NCBI GenBank assembly: GCA_951406725.2
Contig: OX597820.1
Location: 114,948,001-115,012,000 of the forward strand
Source: Octopus vulgaris
Lineage: Eukaryota
DNA length: 64,000 bases
Direction of reading: 5' to 3'
How positions within the stretch are numbered: the stretch's first letter is position 1; each line of letters opens with the position of its first letter. The translations under genes were made by a program, and so were the position numbers. Of this stretch, positions 24,958 to 34,860 are shown in pieces. Under the pieces are notes generated by a model. It searched no databases. It was not told the origin of the DNA and saw only the letters and a list, made by a program, of their open reading frames with translations.

Positions 24958-27900
24958 CATCATCATCATCATCATCGTTTAACGTCCGCTTTCCATGTAG
25001 CATGGGTTGGACGGTTCAACTGGGGTCTGGGGAGCCCGAAGGCTGCACCAGGCCAGTCAGATCTGGCAGTGTTTCTACAGCTGGATGCCCTTCCTAACGC
25101 CAACCACTCCGAGAGTGTAGTGGGTGATTTTATGTGCCACCGACACAGGTGCCAGACGAGGCTGGCGAACGGCCACGCTCGGATGGTGTTTTTATGTGCC
25201 ACCGACATAGGTGCCAGACGAGGCTGGCAGACGGCCACGCTCGGATGGTGTTTTTATGTGCCACCGACACAGGTGCCAGACGAGGCTGGCAGACGGTGTT
25301 TGTTACGTGCCCACAGCACGGAGGCCAGTCGATGCGGTACTGGCTACGGTCCCGTTCGGATGGTTTTCTTATGTGCCACCGGCACTGGTACCACAAGGAT
25401 ACAAATTCCATTGATGTTCATCTATTTTGATTTGGTTTGACTTGATTCGATTTGACTTTGATTTGACTTGCCTCAACAGGTCTTCACAAGTGTCACAAGC
25501 AGGAAGGTATGCACAGGCGGACTGACTACGTCCCAGGTAGGGGCCACGGGTTATGGCTTCACTAGTCTTGCCGGGTCTTCTCACGCACAGCATACTTCCA
25601 TAGGTCTCGGTCTCTGGTCATTTCCATGGTGAGACCTAATGTTCGAAGGTCGTGCTTCACCACCTCGTCCCAGGTTTTCCTGGGTCTACCTCTTCCACGG
25701 GTTCCCTCAACTGCTAGGGATTGGCACTTTCTCACACACCTATCTTCATCCATTCTCGCCACATGACCATACCATCGCAATCGTCTCTCTTGCACACAAC
25801 AACTGATGCTTCTTAGGTACAACATTTCTCTTAGGGAACTAACACTCTGTCGAGTAAGTACACTGACATTACACATCCATCGGAGCATACTGGCTTCATT
25901 CCTCATGAGCTTACGCATGTCCTCAGCAGTCACGGCCCATGTTTCACTGCCATGTAGCATGGCAGTTCGAATACATGCATCATACAGTCTGCCCTTTACT
26001 CTGAGCGAGAGGCCTTTAGTCACCAGCAGAGGTAAGAGCTCCCTAAACTTTGCCCAGGCTATTCTTATTCTAGCAGTTACACTCTCAGTGCACCCACCCC
26101 CACTACTGACTTGGTCACCTAGATAACGGAAGCTATCAACTACTTCTAATTTTTCCCCCTGGAAAGTGACGGAAGTTGTTTTCTGCAGATTTTCGGAGGT
26201 CAATGCTCCCGAGCATCTGCCACATATAAAGACTGTCTTCCCAGTTAGCCTACCTTTGACATTGCTGCACCTCTTATGTGTCCATAGCTTACACTGGGTA
26301 CATCTTATAGAGTTTCTACCTACACCTTTTCTACAGATCAAGCAGGGCCATCTTCCTGAAGGCGTTTGTGGATTGCCTACCTTTCTACTTATTAGTACTT
26401 TGGTTTTAGCTAGGTTGACTCTAAGGCCCCTCGATTCTAAACCCTCCTTCCACACCTGGAACTTCTCTTCCAGTTCTGATAGTGACTCAGCAATTAGAGC
26501 GAGGTCGTCAGCATAGAGGAGCTCCCAGGGGCAACCTGTCTTGAATTCCTCTGTTATTGCCTGGAGGACTATGATAAATAGGAGGGGGCTGAGTACTGAA
26601 CCCTGGTGGACTCCAACCTCTACTTTGAATTCTTCTGTGTACATGTTGCCAACCCTAACCTTGCTTACGGCATCTCTGTACATGGCTTGCACAGCCCTCA
26701 CCAGCCATTCATCTATCCCTAGTTTCCTCATTGACCACCAGATGAGGGATCGGGGGACCCTATCAAAGGCTTTCTCCATGTCAACGAAAGCCAGGTACAG
26801 GGGCCTATCTTTGGCTAGGTATTTCTCCTGCAGCTGCCTTACCAGGAATATAGCATCAGTGGTGCTTTTCCCTGGCACAAACTCAAACTGCATCTCATCT
26901 AAACTAACTCTCTCTCTAATTAGTTGGGCTATGACCCTCTCCGTAACCTTCATTACCTGATCCAACAGCTTGATACCTCTGTAATTATTTGTATCTAGGG
27001 CATCACCTTTACCTTTGTAGCAGTTGACTAGTACGCTGCTACACCAGTCATTGGGTATGACTCCTTCGTGTATCACCTGATTAACTATACGGGTGACTAG
27101 GTTATAGTTGACACTGCCAGATATTTTGAGCATCTCTGCAGTAATTCCTGATGGGCCTGGGGCTTTCCCTGTCTTCATGCTTCTAATTGCCTTAGCTACC
27201 ACGGAACTATCAACTCGGATAGCTGGTCCCTCTGTTGGGTCAACATTCGGCAGACTCTCTTTATCCCATTCATTTTCTTTATTCAGCAACCTTTCATAGT
27301 GGCATCTCCAAACATCTATCTTTGCATCCTCATTTAGCGCAAGTGAACCATCATCCATGCGAACACACTTATCTCCTACCACATCACGATTCTCTCTCAC
27401 ACACTGTCTTGCGACACGAAATACCTCAAGTCTTTCATCCTCACGGCGCAGAACATTGGCAAATTTTTTCTTATCCGCTTCCCCTCTGGCTAAATAAGCC
27501 TGTCTCCTAGCTTCCCTTCTGGCTGTCTGATACAATTCCCTGCTACCACCGTTCTTCCAGTCCTTCCAAGCCTGTCTCTTTTGTCTAATAGCCCTGTCAA
27601 CCACAGTGTTCCACCACCATGTTACTCTGGGTTGAGATGGTACTTTGCTCCATCCACAGATCTGGTCAGTGGCTGTCAGCAGATTGTCCCGTAGAAATCT
27701 CCAGTTGTCTTCCACATTAAGTGAAGCTATATCCCCTTCTATTTCGTCAAAGGCTTCGAGTAGTATGTCTCTAAATCTCTGTCCATTTGCAGGATCTTTA
27801 AGCTTCCAGACCCTTCTCCTCCAAGCAGGTCTTCTTCTGGGCAACCATTTAGCTCTGATCCTGAAGTCGCTAACTACTAATCTATGTTGAGGAGTGCATT

Positions 27901-28513
27901 CTTCGCCTGGAAAGGTTTTGGCATTTATAATCAGCCCTCTTTCCCTTTTTCTGGCAAGGATGTAGTCAATCTGGCTGGTGTGTCTGCCAGAACGGTAGGT
28001 GACTAGGTGAGAGGAGAGTTTCCTGAAGTTGGTATTGCAGATCATAAGGTCATTTGCATCGCAGAACTCCAGCAGCCTAGTTCCCTCCTCATTACGAGAG
28101 CCGAAACCATAGCCTCCATGGACGCCATGGAAGCCCCCGACATGCCGTCCGACATGTCCATTGAAATCACCTGCCACGAAGAGAAGGTCACTGTCATTTG
28201 TCAACGAGGTAGTTCGCAATAGGGTGTCATAGAATTGGTCTTTTTGTCCTTCCGGTAGCCCTGGTTGAGGGGCATATGCCGAGATGATGGTAACTGTCCT
28301 GTGGTGAAGAACTAATCTAATTTTAATTACTCTGTCACTTACTCTGACTACCTCAATTACCTTACCTACCCATTTCTCTGCAAGAAGTATACCCACGCCC
28401 CCGACCCCGTCAGTGTTCCCTGCCCAGAAAATCTTGTACCTGTGTTCCTTGCCTGTGAGGAGCCTAGCGGAACCTCCTCTCCACCTTACTTCCTGGATAC
28501 AACATACATCCAC
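24958..28513 (-). mobile_element. Young RTE-clade LINE, slightly 5'-truncated, inserted in the hAT transposase
   Basis: Uninterrupted ORF plus about 600-bp 3'UTR and a (GAT)n tail. The host transposase resumes after 28513. Short junction repeat acatc. Confidence 0.95.
25562..28513 (-). CDS. RTE ORF: APE endonuclease, reverse transcriptase and PHD-type zinc finger (983 aa, lacks the native N-terminus)
   Basis: IQEVRW, SAYAP, GDFNGH, QIDYI (APE); NYRGIKLL, DMEKAFD, GVHQGSVLSP, YADD (RT); CxxC...CxxC...HxxC...CxxC. The first codon is GTG at the truncation point. Confidence 0.9.
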   Translation of the reverse strand: MDVCCIQEVRWRGGSARLLTGKEHRYKIFWAGNTDGVGGVGILLAEKWVGKVIEVVRVSDRVIKIRLVLHHRTVTIISAYAPQPGLPEGQKDQFYDTLLRTTSLTNDSDLLFVAGDFNGHVGRHVGGFHGVHGGYGFGSRNEEGTRLLEFCDANDLMICNTNFRKLSSHLVTYRSGRHTSQIDYILARKRERGLIINAKTFPGEECTPQHRLVVSDFRIRAKWLPRRRPAWRRRVWKLKDPANGQRFRDILLEAFDEIEGDIASLNVEDNWRFLRDNLLTATDQICGWSKVPSQPRVTWWWNTVVDRAIRQKRQAWKDWKNGGSRELYQTARREARRQAYLARGEADKKKFANVLRREDERLEVFRVARQCVRENRDVVGDKCVRMDDGSLALNEDAKIDVWRCHYERLLNKENEWDKESLPNVDPTEGPAIRVDSSVVAKAIRSMKTGKAPGPSGITAEMLKISGSVNYNLVTRIVNQVIHEGVIPNDWCSSVLVNCYKGKGDALDTNNYRGIKLLDQVMKVTERVIAQLIRERVSLDEMQFEFVPGKSTTDAIFLVRQLQEKYLAKDRPLYLAFVDMEKAFDRVPRSLIWWSMRKLGIDEWLVRAVQAMYRDAVSKVRVGNMYTEEFKVEVGVHQGSVLSPLLFIIVLQAITEEFKTGCPWELLYADDLALIAESLSELEEKFQVWKEGLESRGLRVNLAKTKVLISRKVGNPQTPSGRWPCLICRKGVGRNSIRCTQCKLWTHKRCSNVKGRLTGKTVFICGRCSGALTSENLQKTTSVTFQGEKLEVVDSFRYLGDQVSSGGGCTESVTARIRIAWAKFRELLPLLVTKGLSLRVKGRLYDACIRTAMLHGSETWAVTAEDMRKLMRNEASMLRWMCNVSVLTRQSVSSLREMLYLRSISCCVQERRLRWYGHVARMDEDRCVRKCQSLAVEGTRGRGRPRKTWDEVVKHDLRTLGLTMEMTRDRDLWKYAVREKTRQD

Positions 28514-28765
28514 ATCTTTTGCAAATCAGGTATCTCTGCACTTATGGAAATGAAGTCAAAAAAATGAGAAAGATTACAGATTAGAGCCACATCATCATCG
28601 TTTAATGTCCACTTTCCATGCTAGCATGGGTTGGACAATTTTGACTAAGGGCTGGCGAACCAGATGGCCGCACCAGGCTCCAACAAAATTCTTTCTCAAA
28701 ATCAATTGAATCCTTCTCGCTAAAAACATTATTATTGTATTATATTAGCTATATATTATATACTC

Positions 28766-29160
28766 TCTTTTAACTCTTTTACTTGTTTCAGTCATTTGAC
28801 TGCGGCCATGCTGGAGCACCGCCTTTAGTCGAGCAACTCAACCCCGGGACTTATTCTTTTTGTAAGCCCAGTACTTATTCTATCGGACTCTTTTTGCCGA
28901 ACTGCTAAGTGACGGGGATGTAAACACACCAGCATCGGTTGTCAGGCAATGCTACGGGAGCAAACATACACACATACATATATATATATACATATATACG
29001 ACAGGCTTCTTTCAGTTTCCGTCTACCAAATCCTCTCACAAGGCATTGGTCGGCCCGGGGCTATAGTAGAAGACACTTGCCCAAGATGCCACGCAGTGGG
29101 ATTGAACCCGGAACCATGTGGTTGGTTAGCAAGCTACTTACCACACAGCCACTCCTGCGC
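28766..29160 (-). mobile_element. tRNA-head CORE-like SINE nested in the hAT; related copies near 55520-55700 and 63490-63780
   Basis: Minus strand GGAGTGGCTGTGTGGTAAG...GGTTCAATCCC...CTTGGGCAAGTGTCTT...CAAATGACTGAAACAAGTAAAAGAG. Confidence 0.8.
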
Positions 29161-29917
29161 TATGTTCATAAGACTATGTTATTTTATTGTTACTGTAATA
29201 AGAATATATTTATTTTTATTCATACTAATAAAGTATATTCAATTTTATTGAGATTTTTATTTGGTGTGCCACAAAATAAATCCTCCTCGCTCAGTGTGTC
29301 ATGAGGTAAAAATGTTTGGCAGACACTGGTCTATCATAATTACAGAAGTAAATTAAGACCTGCTCTGCTTGAGGAGGGGAGATAATCTCAAGATTCAAGA
29401 CTTTTCCCAAGTTGACCTGCCTTTAAGGAAAAGACCTGCTTATTGTCTGCAGATGTGAGGATATAATTCTCTGGCTCAATTGCCTGACTTTACCTCTAGC
29501 AGTCAAGGGATTTAGATTTATACAGAAAAAAATAGAACACATTTATGGCCATATTAATTTGCATAATTTAAGCAAAAAAATAGCTGAGAGGTTACACGGT
29601 GGCCAAGTGGCCCGTATTTGTGCAACATAGACAAATACAGGTACATTAAATAGCATACAACATAAAATCTTGATTTAGCTGTGTCCATGACTGGTATCAG
29701 TGATAAATTATATTCCAGTCTAAGGGAGGAATCTATCTTGTTTAACATAAGTAATCCCAAACAAAATGTCTGCTCTTAAAAGTAATTTATGAGATTTAGA
29801 AGTATTTCAGAAATCTTGCTGTACCAAGGACACAAATTACAACTGTTTCAGTTGTTCATAGATTCTGCCACTTCTTTGGACAGTCTTTCATTTTTAATAA
29901 TGATAATATGCATCAAC

Positions 29918-30072
29918 CGCGATCGCGAGGGGACTCAGTCCGCTGCTTCCCGCCGAGGCGTCGTCGACGAACGCGCCAGTGGCGGCCGCTCATTCCGCGG
30001 GCGATCGTCTGCCGCCTCGTCGGCGTTCGATTTCCGGTTTGTATTTAGCCCCTTGTGGGTAGTAAAGAAATA
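29918..30072 (+). mobile_element. 155-bp chimeric retro-insertion (GC-rich segment plus SINE 3' tail) with a 16-bp TSD
   Basis: gataatatgcatcaac at both 29902-29917 and 30073-30088. The tail tttagccccttgtgggtagtaaagaaatag matches the SINE tail at 8291-8323. Confidence 0.85.
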
Positions 30073-30155
30073 GATAATATGCATCAACATATTGCTGTGA
30101 AAACAGTGTTTCTTGGTACGATTAATCAAAAGGTCTTTTTATTTCCTGAAAATAG

Positions 30156-30219
30156 GTGAAATTCGAGTGGAGTCTAAGAATGATATGGTAACTGCAGCCG
30201 TAGCCACTGAAGGACCTTG
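30156..30219 (+). CDS. UQCRC2: UQCRC2 exon 9
   Basis: aaatag|GT...TG|gtaagt; GEIRVESKNDMVTAAVATEGP; 64 nt. Confidence 0.9.
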
Positions 30220-31159
30220 GTAAGTTTACTAAACAATATTCTCATGTTTGGATTAGTTGCCTTTGATCCCTATTAGTAAGATTACTAATACTGTTATCAC
30301 TAAAACTGCACTAAATTCTTCTTGATTGAATTACATCAAGCAGTAGGAGTTCTAACATACCTACCTAAATTAATTCCACATATTTAACCTTTACTAGCAT
30401 TGAAAAAAACAATTTTGAAACAAAACACACACACACACACACACCACAAATATTTATTGCTAAACTAGGTGGCACCACCAGTGCATTTGTGTAATTTATA
30501 TATGGCGTTTTAAAAAATTATTAAGTTGAAAGATGTGCAGCCAGTGTCCATGGGCTTTGTTATTCTTTCCAGACTGTTAACAAGTGTCTGTGGTGTTAAC
30601 TGTAAATCACTATCAATGATTGTCTTGGCAGGGAAGGAATTAAAGGTGGAGTTGAGTAAGTTCTAATGAAGAATGATTGGTAAAAATCTTTTAGTGGAAA
30701 ATGTTGTTGGGTAAGACAGAGTAGTTGTAATGTAAAAGTGAGTGGGTGTTTGGTGTATGGAAGTGATAAAAGTGTGTTATGAGGGTGGATGGTGGCTAGG
30801 TTTGGATGTGAGTAGTTGTTTGGACAGTCAGTGTGTTAAAGAGATCCTTGGCTGAGTGACAGAAGATTAATGGGTGAAGTCAGCTCAGATGGCCGAATTA
30901 TTCACCCTATGCATCAAGAATGTGGAAGGGGTGGGAACCAAGGGTAATTGGGTGCATTGAAATAACTGAAGTTGGTGGCTTGAGAGAAAATATGTGTATT
31001 TTCTATTTAGTACAGGGGACATTTCGTTTATGAGGACCTACTCCTGTATTTGTCTGAGTGATGGGTCCTTCAGGTGCTTTGATAAAATGCGTATGACAAG
31101 TCAGCCCAGTGTGCCTCCATCTTGGTAGAGTATGGAGGATTGGTTTTTGTCATCAGGTT

Positions 31160-32217
31160 TCTTCATGTATCATCTACTTTCCATGCTAGCAGGGTTTGGA
31201 CGATTTGACTGAGGACTGGCGAACCTGATGTCTGCACCAGGCTCCAATCTGATCTGGTAGAGTTTCTACAGCTGGATTCCCTTCCTAACGCCAACCACTC
31301 TGAGAGTGTAGTGGGTGCTTTTATGTACCACTGGCACGAGGGCCAGTCAGGCGGTACTGGCAACGGCCATGCTCAAATGGTATTTTTTATGTGCCACCTG
31401 CACAGGAACCAGGCCAGCGGCACTGGCAATGACCTCGCTCAAATGTTTTTTCCCGTGCCAGTAAGGCAATGCTGGTAACGATCACGCTCGAATGGTGCTT
31501 TTTATGTGCCACCGGCACAGAAGCCAGTTGCTCTGGCAACAATCACGCTTGTATGGTACTCTTAGTGCTCCACCAGCATGGATGTCAGTTATCGAATTTG
31601 ATTTCGATTTCACTTGCCTCAACGGGTCTTTGCAAGCAGAGTTTAGTGTCCAATGAAAGAAAGGTACGCATAAGTGGGCTGGTTACACCCCTGGCATAGG
31701 CCACAAGGTTATGGTCTCACTTGGCTTGCTGGGTCTTCTCAAGCACAGTATATTTCCAGAGGTCCCGGTCACTAGTCATTGCCTCGGTGAGGCCTAATGT
31801 TCGAAGGTCATGCTTCACCAATTCATCCCAGGTCTTCCTGGGTCTACCTCTTCCACAGGATCCCTCAACCACTAGGGTGTGGAACTTTTTCACACAGCTA
31901 TTCTCATCCATTCTCGCCACATGACCATACCAGTGCAGTCGTCTCTCTTGTACACCACATCTGATGCTTCTTAGGTCCAACTTTTCTCTCAAGATACTTA
32001 CACTCTGTCGAGTATGCACACTGACATTACATATCCATTGGATCATACTGGCTTCATTCTTTGTGAGCTTACGCATGTCCTCAGCAGTCTCGGCCCGTGT
32101 TTCACTGCCATGTAGCATGGCTGTTCGTACACTTGCGTCATACATTCTACCTTTTACTCTGAACAAGTGGCCCTTTGTCACTAGCAGAGGTAAGAGCTCT
32201 CTGAACTTTGCCCAGAC
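31160..32217 (-). mobile_element. RTE LINE 3' fragment
   Basis: WAKFRELLPLL...GRPRKTW...EKTQQAK plus 3'UTR, homologous to the 25562 ORF. Confidence 0.9.
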
Positions 32218-33899
32218 AATGAAAATTTTGGAAGGGAAAATATAAGTAATGAGTGGAAATTGAACTGGTGTGTTAGATAATAAGGCATTAAAACAAGATG
32301 ATTCTCCCCAGACAATATATATATATGCACACACACGCACTTGGTGAATGAGTAATTAATATTTAGAAGGGCATCATCATCATCACCATTTTACATCCAT
32401 TTCATCATACTTGCACCGGTTTGATGGCTTTTCCTTGCAACTGTCTCCACTTGTCATAATCACTCGGCATCTTTGTGAGATTCAATATCGGCAGATCATC
32501 TTTCACCACTCCTACCTTGTCCTTGACCCAAGTGTCTGCTACCATATGTCGTACATGCTCGTACTTTCAAGCCTCTTCTCTTGTACACCATATCTGATTC
32601 TTTTTTAAACTCAGTTTTCTGCATTTTCTCTCGTTTGTGCCTTGTTGTTCTTGCACACTAATGTTACCGGAAGTTGTGTCTTCCCTTTATCTCCATCTTT
32701 TGCACAACTTTCAATGACTGTGTTTTGCTATCATGCAACATCCTACCTCATTATGTCATATACTCTTCACTTTGAAAGAGAATCTGTTTCCAGTGGCAGC
32801 AACATAACATCTCCCTAAACTTCTCACTCTGTTCATTATGCTTTTGGCACACCCAACTCAAAGAAGCTATCATCTACTTCTATGGAGACTTCCTAACAGC
32901 CCAAAGACCTTATTTCACCAGTGATCTCACTGTTTATTGCTCCTTGCATCTGCTACATACTTAGTTTTCCTTCTCAATCAGCTTGCTTATAATTCCACTA
33001 CGCCTTTGGAATTCCTACCTGCTCTTTTACTTCATATTGTAGCGTGTAGCCATTTTCAAATGGTAGCGCCAATTTGTGGTCGCTGGCAATATGACGTGAT
33101 CTCGTATTGCCGAAGAAATATGATTGTCGTTTTTCCATTGGTTAATATAACTGCTCATATAGAAATTCTAAGAATTAGTAAAGAATATTTGTATGGGATT
33201 TCGATTCTTTTAAGTCAAGTTGAGCAGTTATAAAAACCCTGGATTTTAGGAAAAACTTTAGTGTTTGTTGGATGTAACTAAACTCCACGACACTCACTCC
33301 TTTGAGACATTGGTGATTTTTTTATGCCATGTCCATGAAAAATCCAACAAGACTTGTTTGAATTGTTGAGATTTATAATAGCTAGAATGAGGAATTAGAT
33401 AGCTAAAATATCAAGTCGTAATTCTCTACGACAAAATTACTTTACTTCAAATTGTATTATAAATATTAAAAATGCTATATGTATATAATAAAATAATGTA
33501 GAAATTATTTTCTCTTTCTTCACATTCTTCAACTTATTAATGAATATATTTCTGTAATTATGAAACTGTATTTTTTTTATAGTGGTTAAAAGAACACAAA
33601 ATTATATTTAACATACACGCACGATTAATGTCCATTAGTGTTTCAGAAAATATATTTCTCGCTATGGCTTTTTTGTAGCTGGAGTCAGGATTTACGTATA
33701 ATGATAACACTTATAAGTAACTTATAAGTGATGGTTTTATCATTATATATCCCTACTTAAAAAGCTAAATATATTTATCTATTTCCAAATAGGAAACATA
33801 ATAAAGTAGCGTTACTTTAACAGTAAAGAAACCAACCAGAAAATATTCGCTATATAATATAAGAAAAACTTGGCAGTCCGCTATAATGTCAATCATGAC

Positions 33900-34860
33900 T
33901 GTTTCTCTGATGGTAGTGTTCTGTCTTCTTTCCTGCTAATTAAAATTTTTGACCTTTCCAGATTTTCTTTGAGGTTCCTCAGTTCTTGTTCTTGCTTCAG
34001 TAGACAGAAGTTCCGATTGGCAGCCACTTTTAAACTCCTCTCTTAAGTCCTGGAGAACTATGAGAAATAACAGGGGTACAAAGTCTCACCAGCAATCTAA
34101 ATTCCTCATTGAATTTATTTCCAACCGTTTCCTTGCTGACAATACCTCCTCTGTACATGGTTCTCACAAGCCATTTATCTATATCTAGTTTACCTAGTGG
34201 CCCCCTGACTACAGTCCCTATTACCCCCTCAAGGATCTTCTCCAGATTGATATATGCTAAGAATAATTGTTTACATATTGCTAAAATCTTGTTGCGTAGT
34301 TGTCTTACTAGGAAGAGAGTGTCAGTGCTACCCCATCCTGTTACAAATCTGAACTCAACTGAGCCTATTTAAGCTAATTCTCTTCCTAATCAGTTGTACT
34401 AAAACTCATTCTCTTAGTTTCATAACTTGGTCTGTTATGATAGCTCTGTAGTTACTTCTAACATCTCTGTCCTTGTAGCAACTGAAAATGATACTGCCAT
34501 GCCAGTCACTGAGTGTGGCACATCCCTGTATAACCTTGTCGACTATCTTGAGTGCCATTTCACCAGATATTTTCAGCGTCTCACCAACAACTGTCCATGA
34601 CACTCCAGTTGTTTTCCATACTTTCTTGTCCTTAATTACACTTTCAGTCAAAGAGCTTTCAAATCCAGAGACTATCCTTCTTTTGAGTCTACATGGGGAA
34701 GTGTTTCTGTCTTCCACACATTCATTATGTTCAGGAACTTTGGTGGACGCGTCTGAAAGGATTGGAGACAAACACTTTCCTCTCTGGTCAATCTCTCATC
34801 AACTTTTTCAAGTATTACTTGAAAAGGAAAGTGAGAGTAGAGAGGCAAGTTTTGTCTAGC
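33900..34860 (-). mobile_element. Old, degenerate RTE fragment
   Basis: Remnant LSDWHGSIIFSCYKD...NYRAI..DQVMK similar to the RTE RT region, with many disruptions. Confidence 0.6.

Larger units (their letters stand above)
23026..29328 (+). mobile_element. hAT (Buster/Charlie, ZBED5-like) DNA transposon fossil with nested insertions
   Basis: TIRs CAGTGTCTGCTAAAC and GTTTGGCAGACACTG; perfect 8-bp TSD GTCTATCA (23018-23025, 29329-29336). Frameshifted transposase from 23329 with RKY..YVQYGF, CMIC, ICTDGAPS, VHCIHR, LLHTEV, LLFGST. Confidence 0.92.

Noticed and set aside
33039-33883. Possible TIR element (TAGCG...CGCTA)
   Set aside because: The termini are only loosely complementary and no TSD was found.
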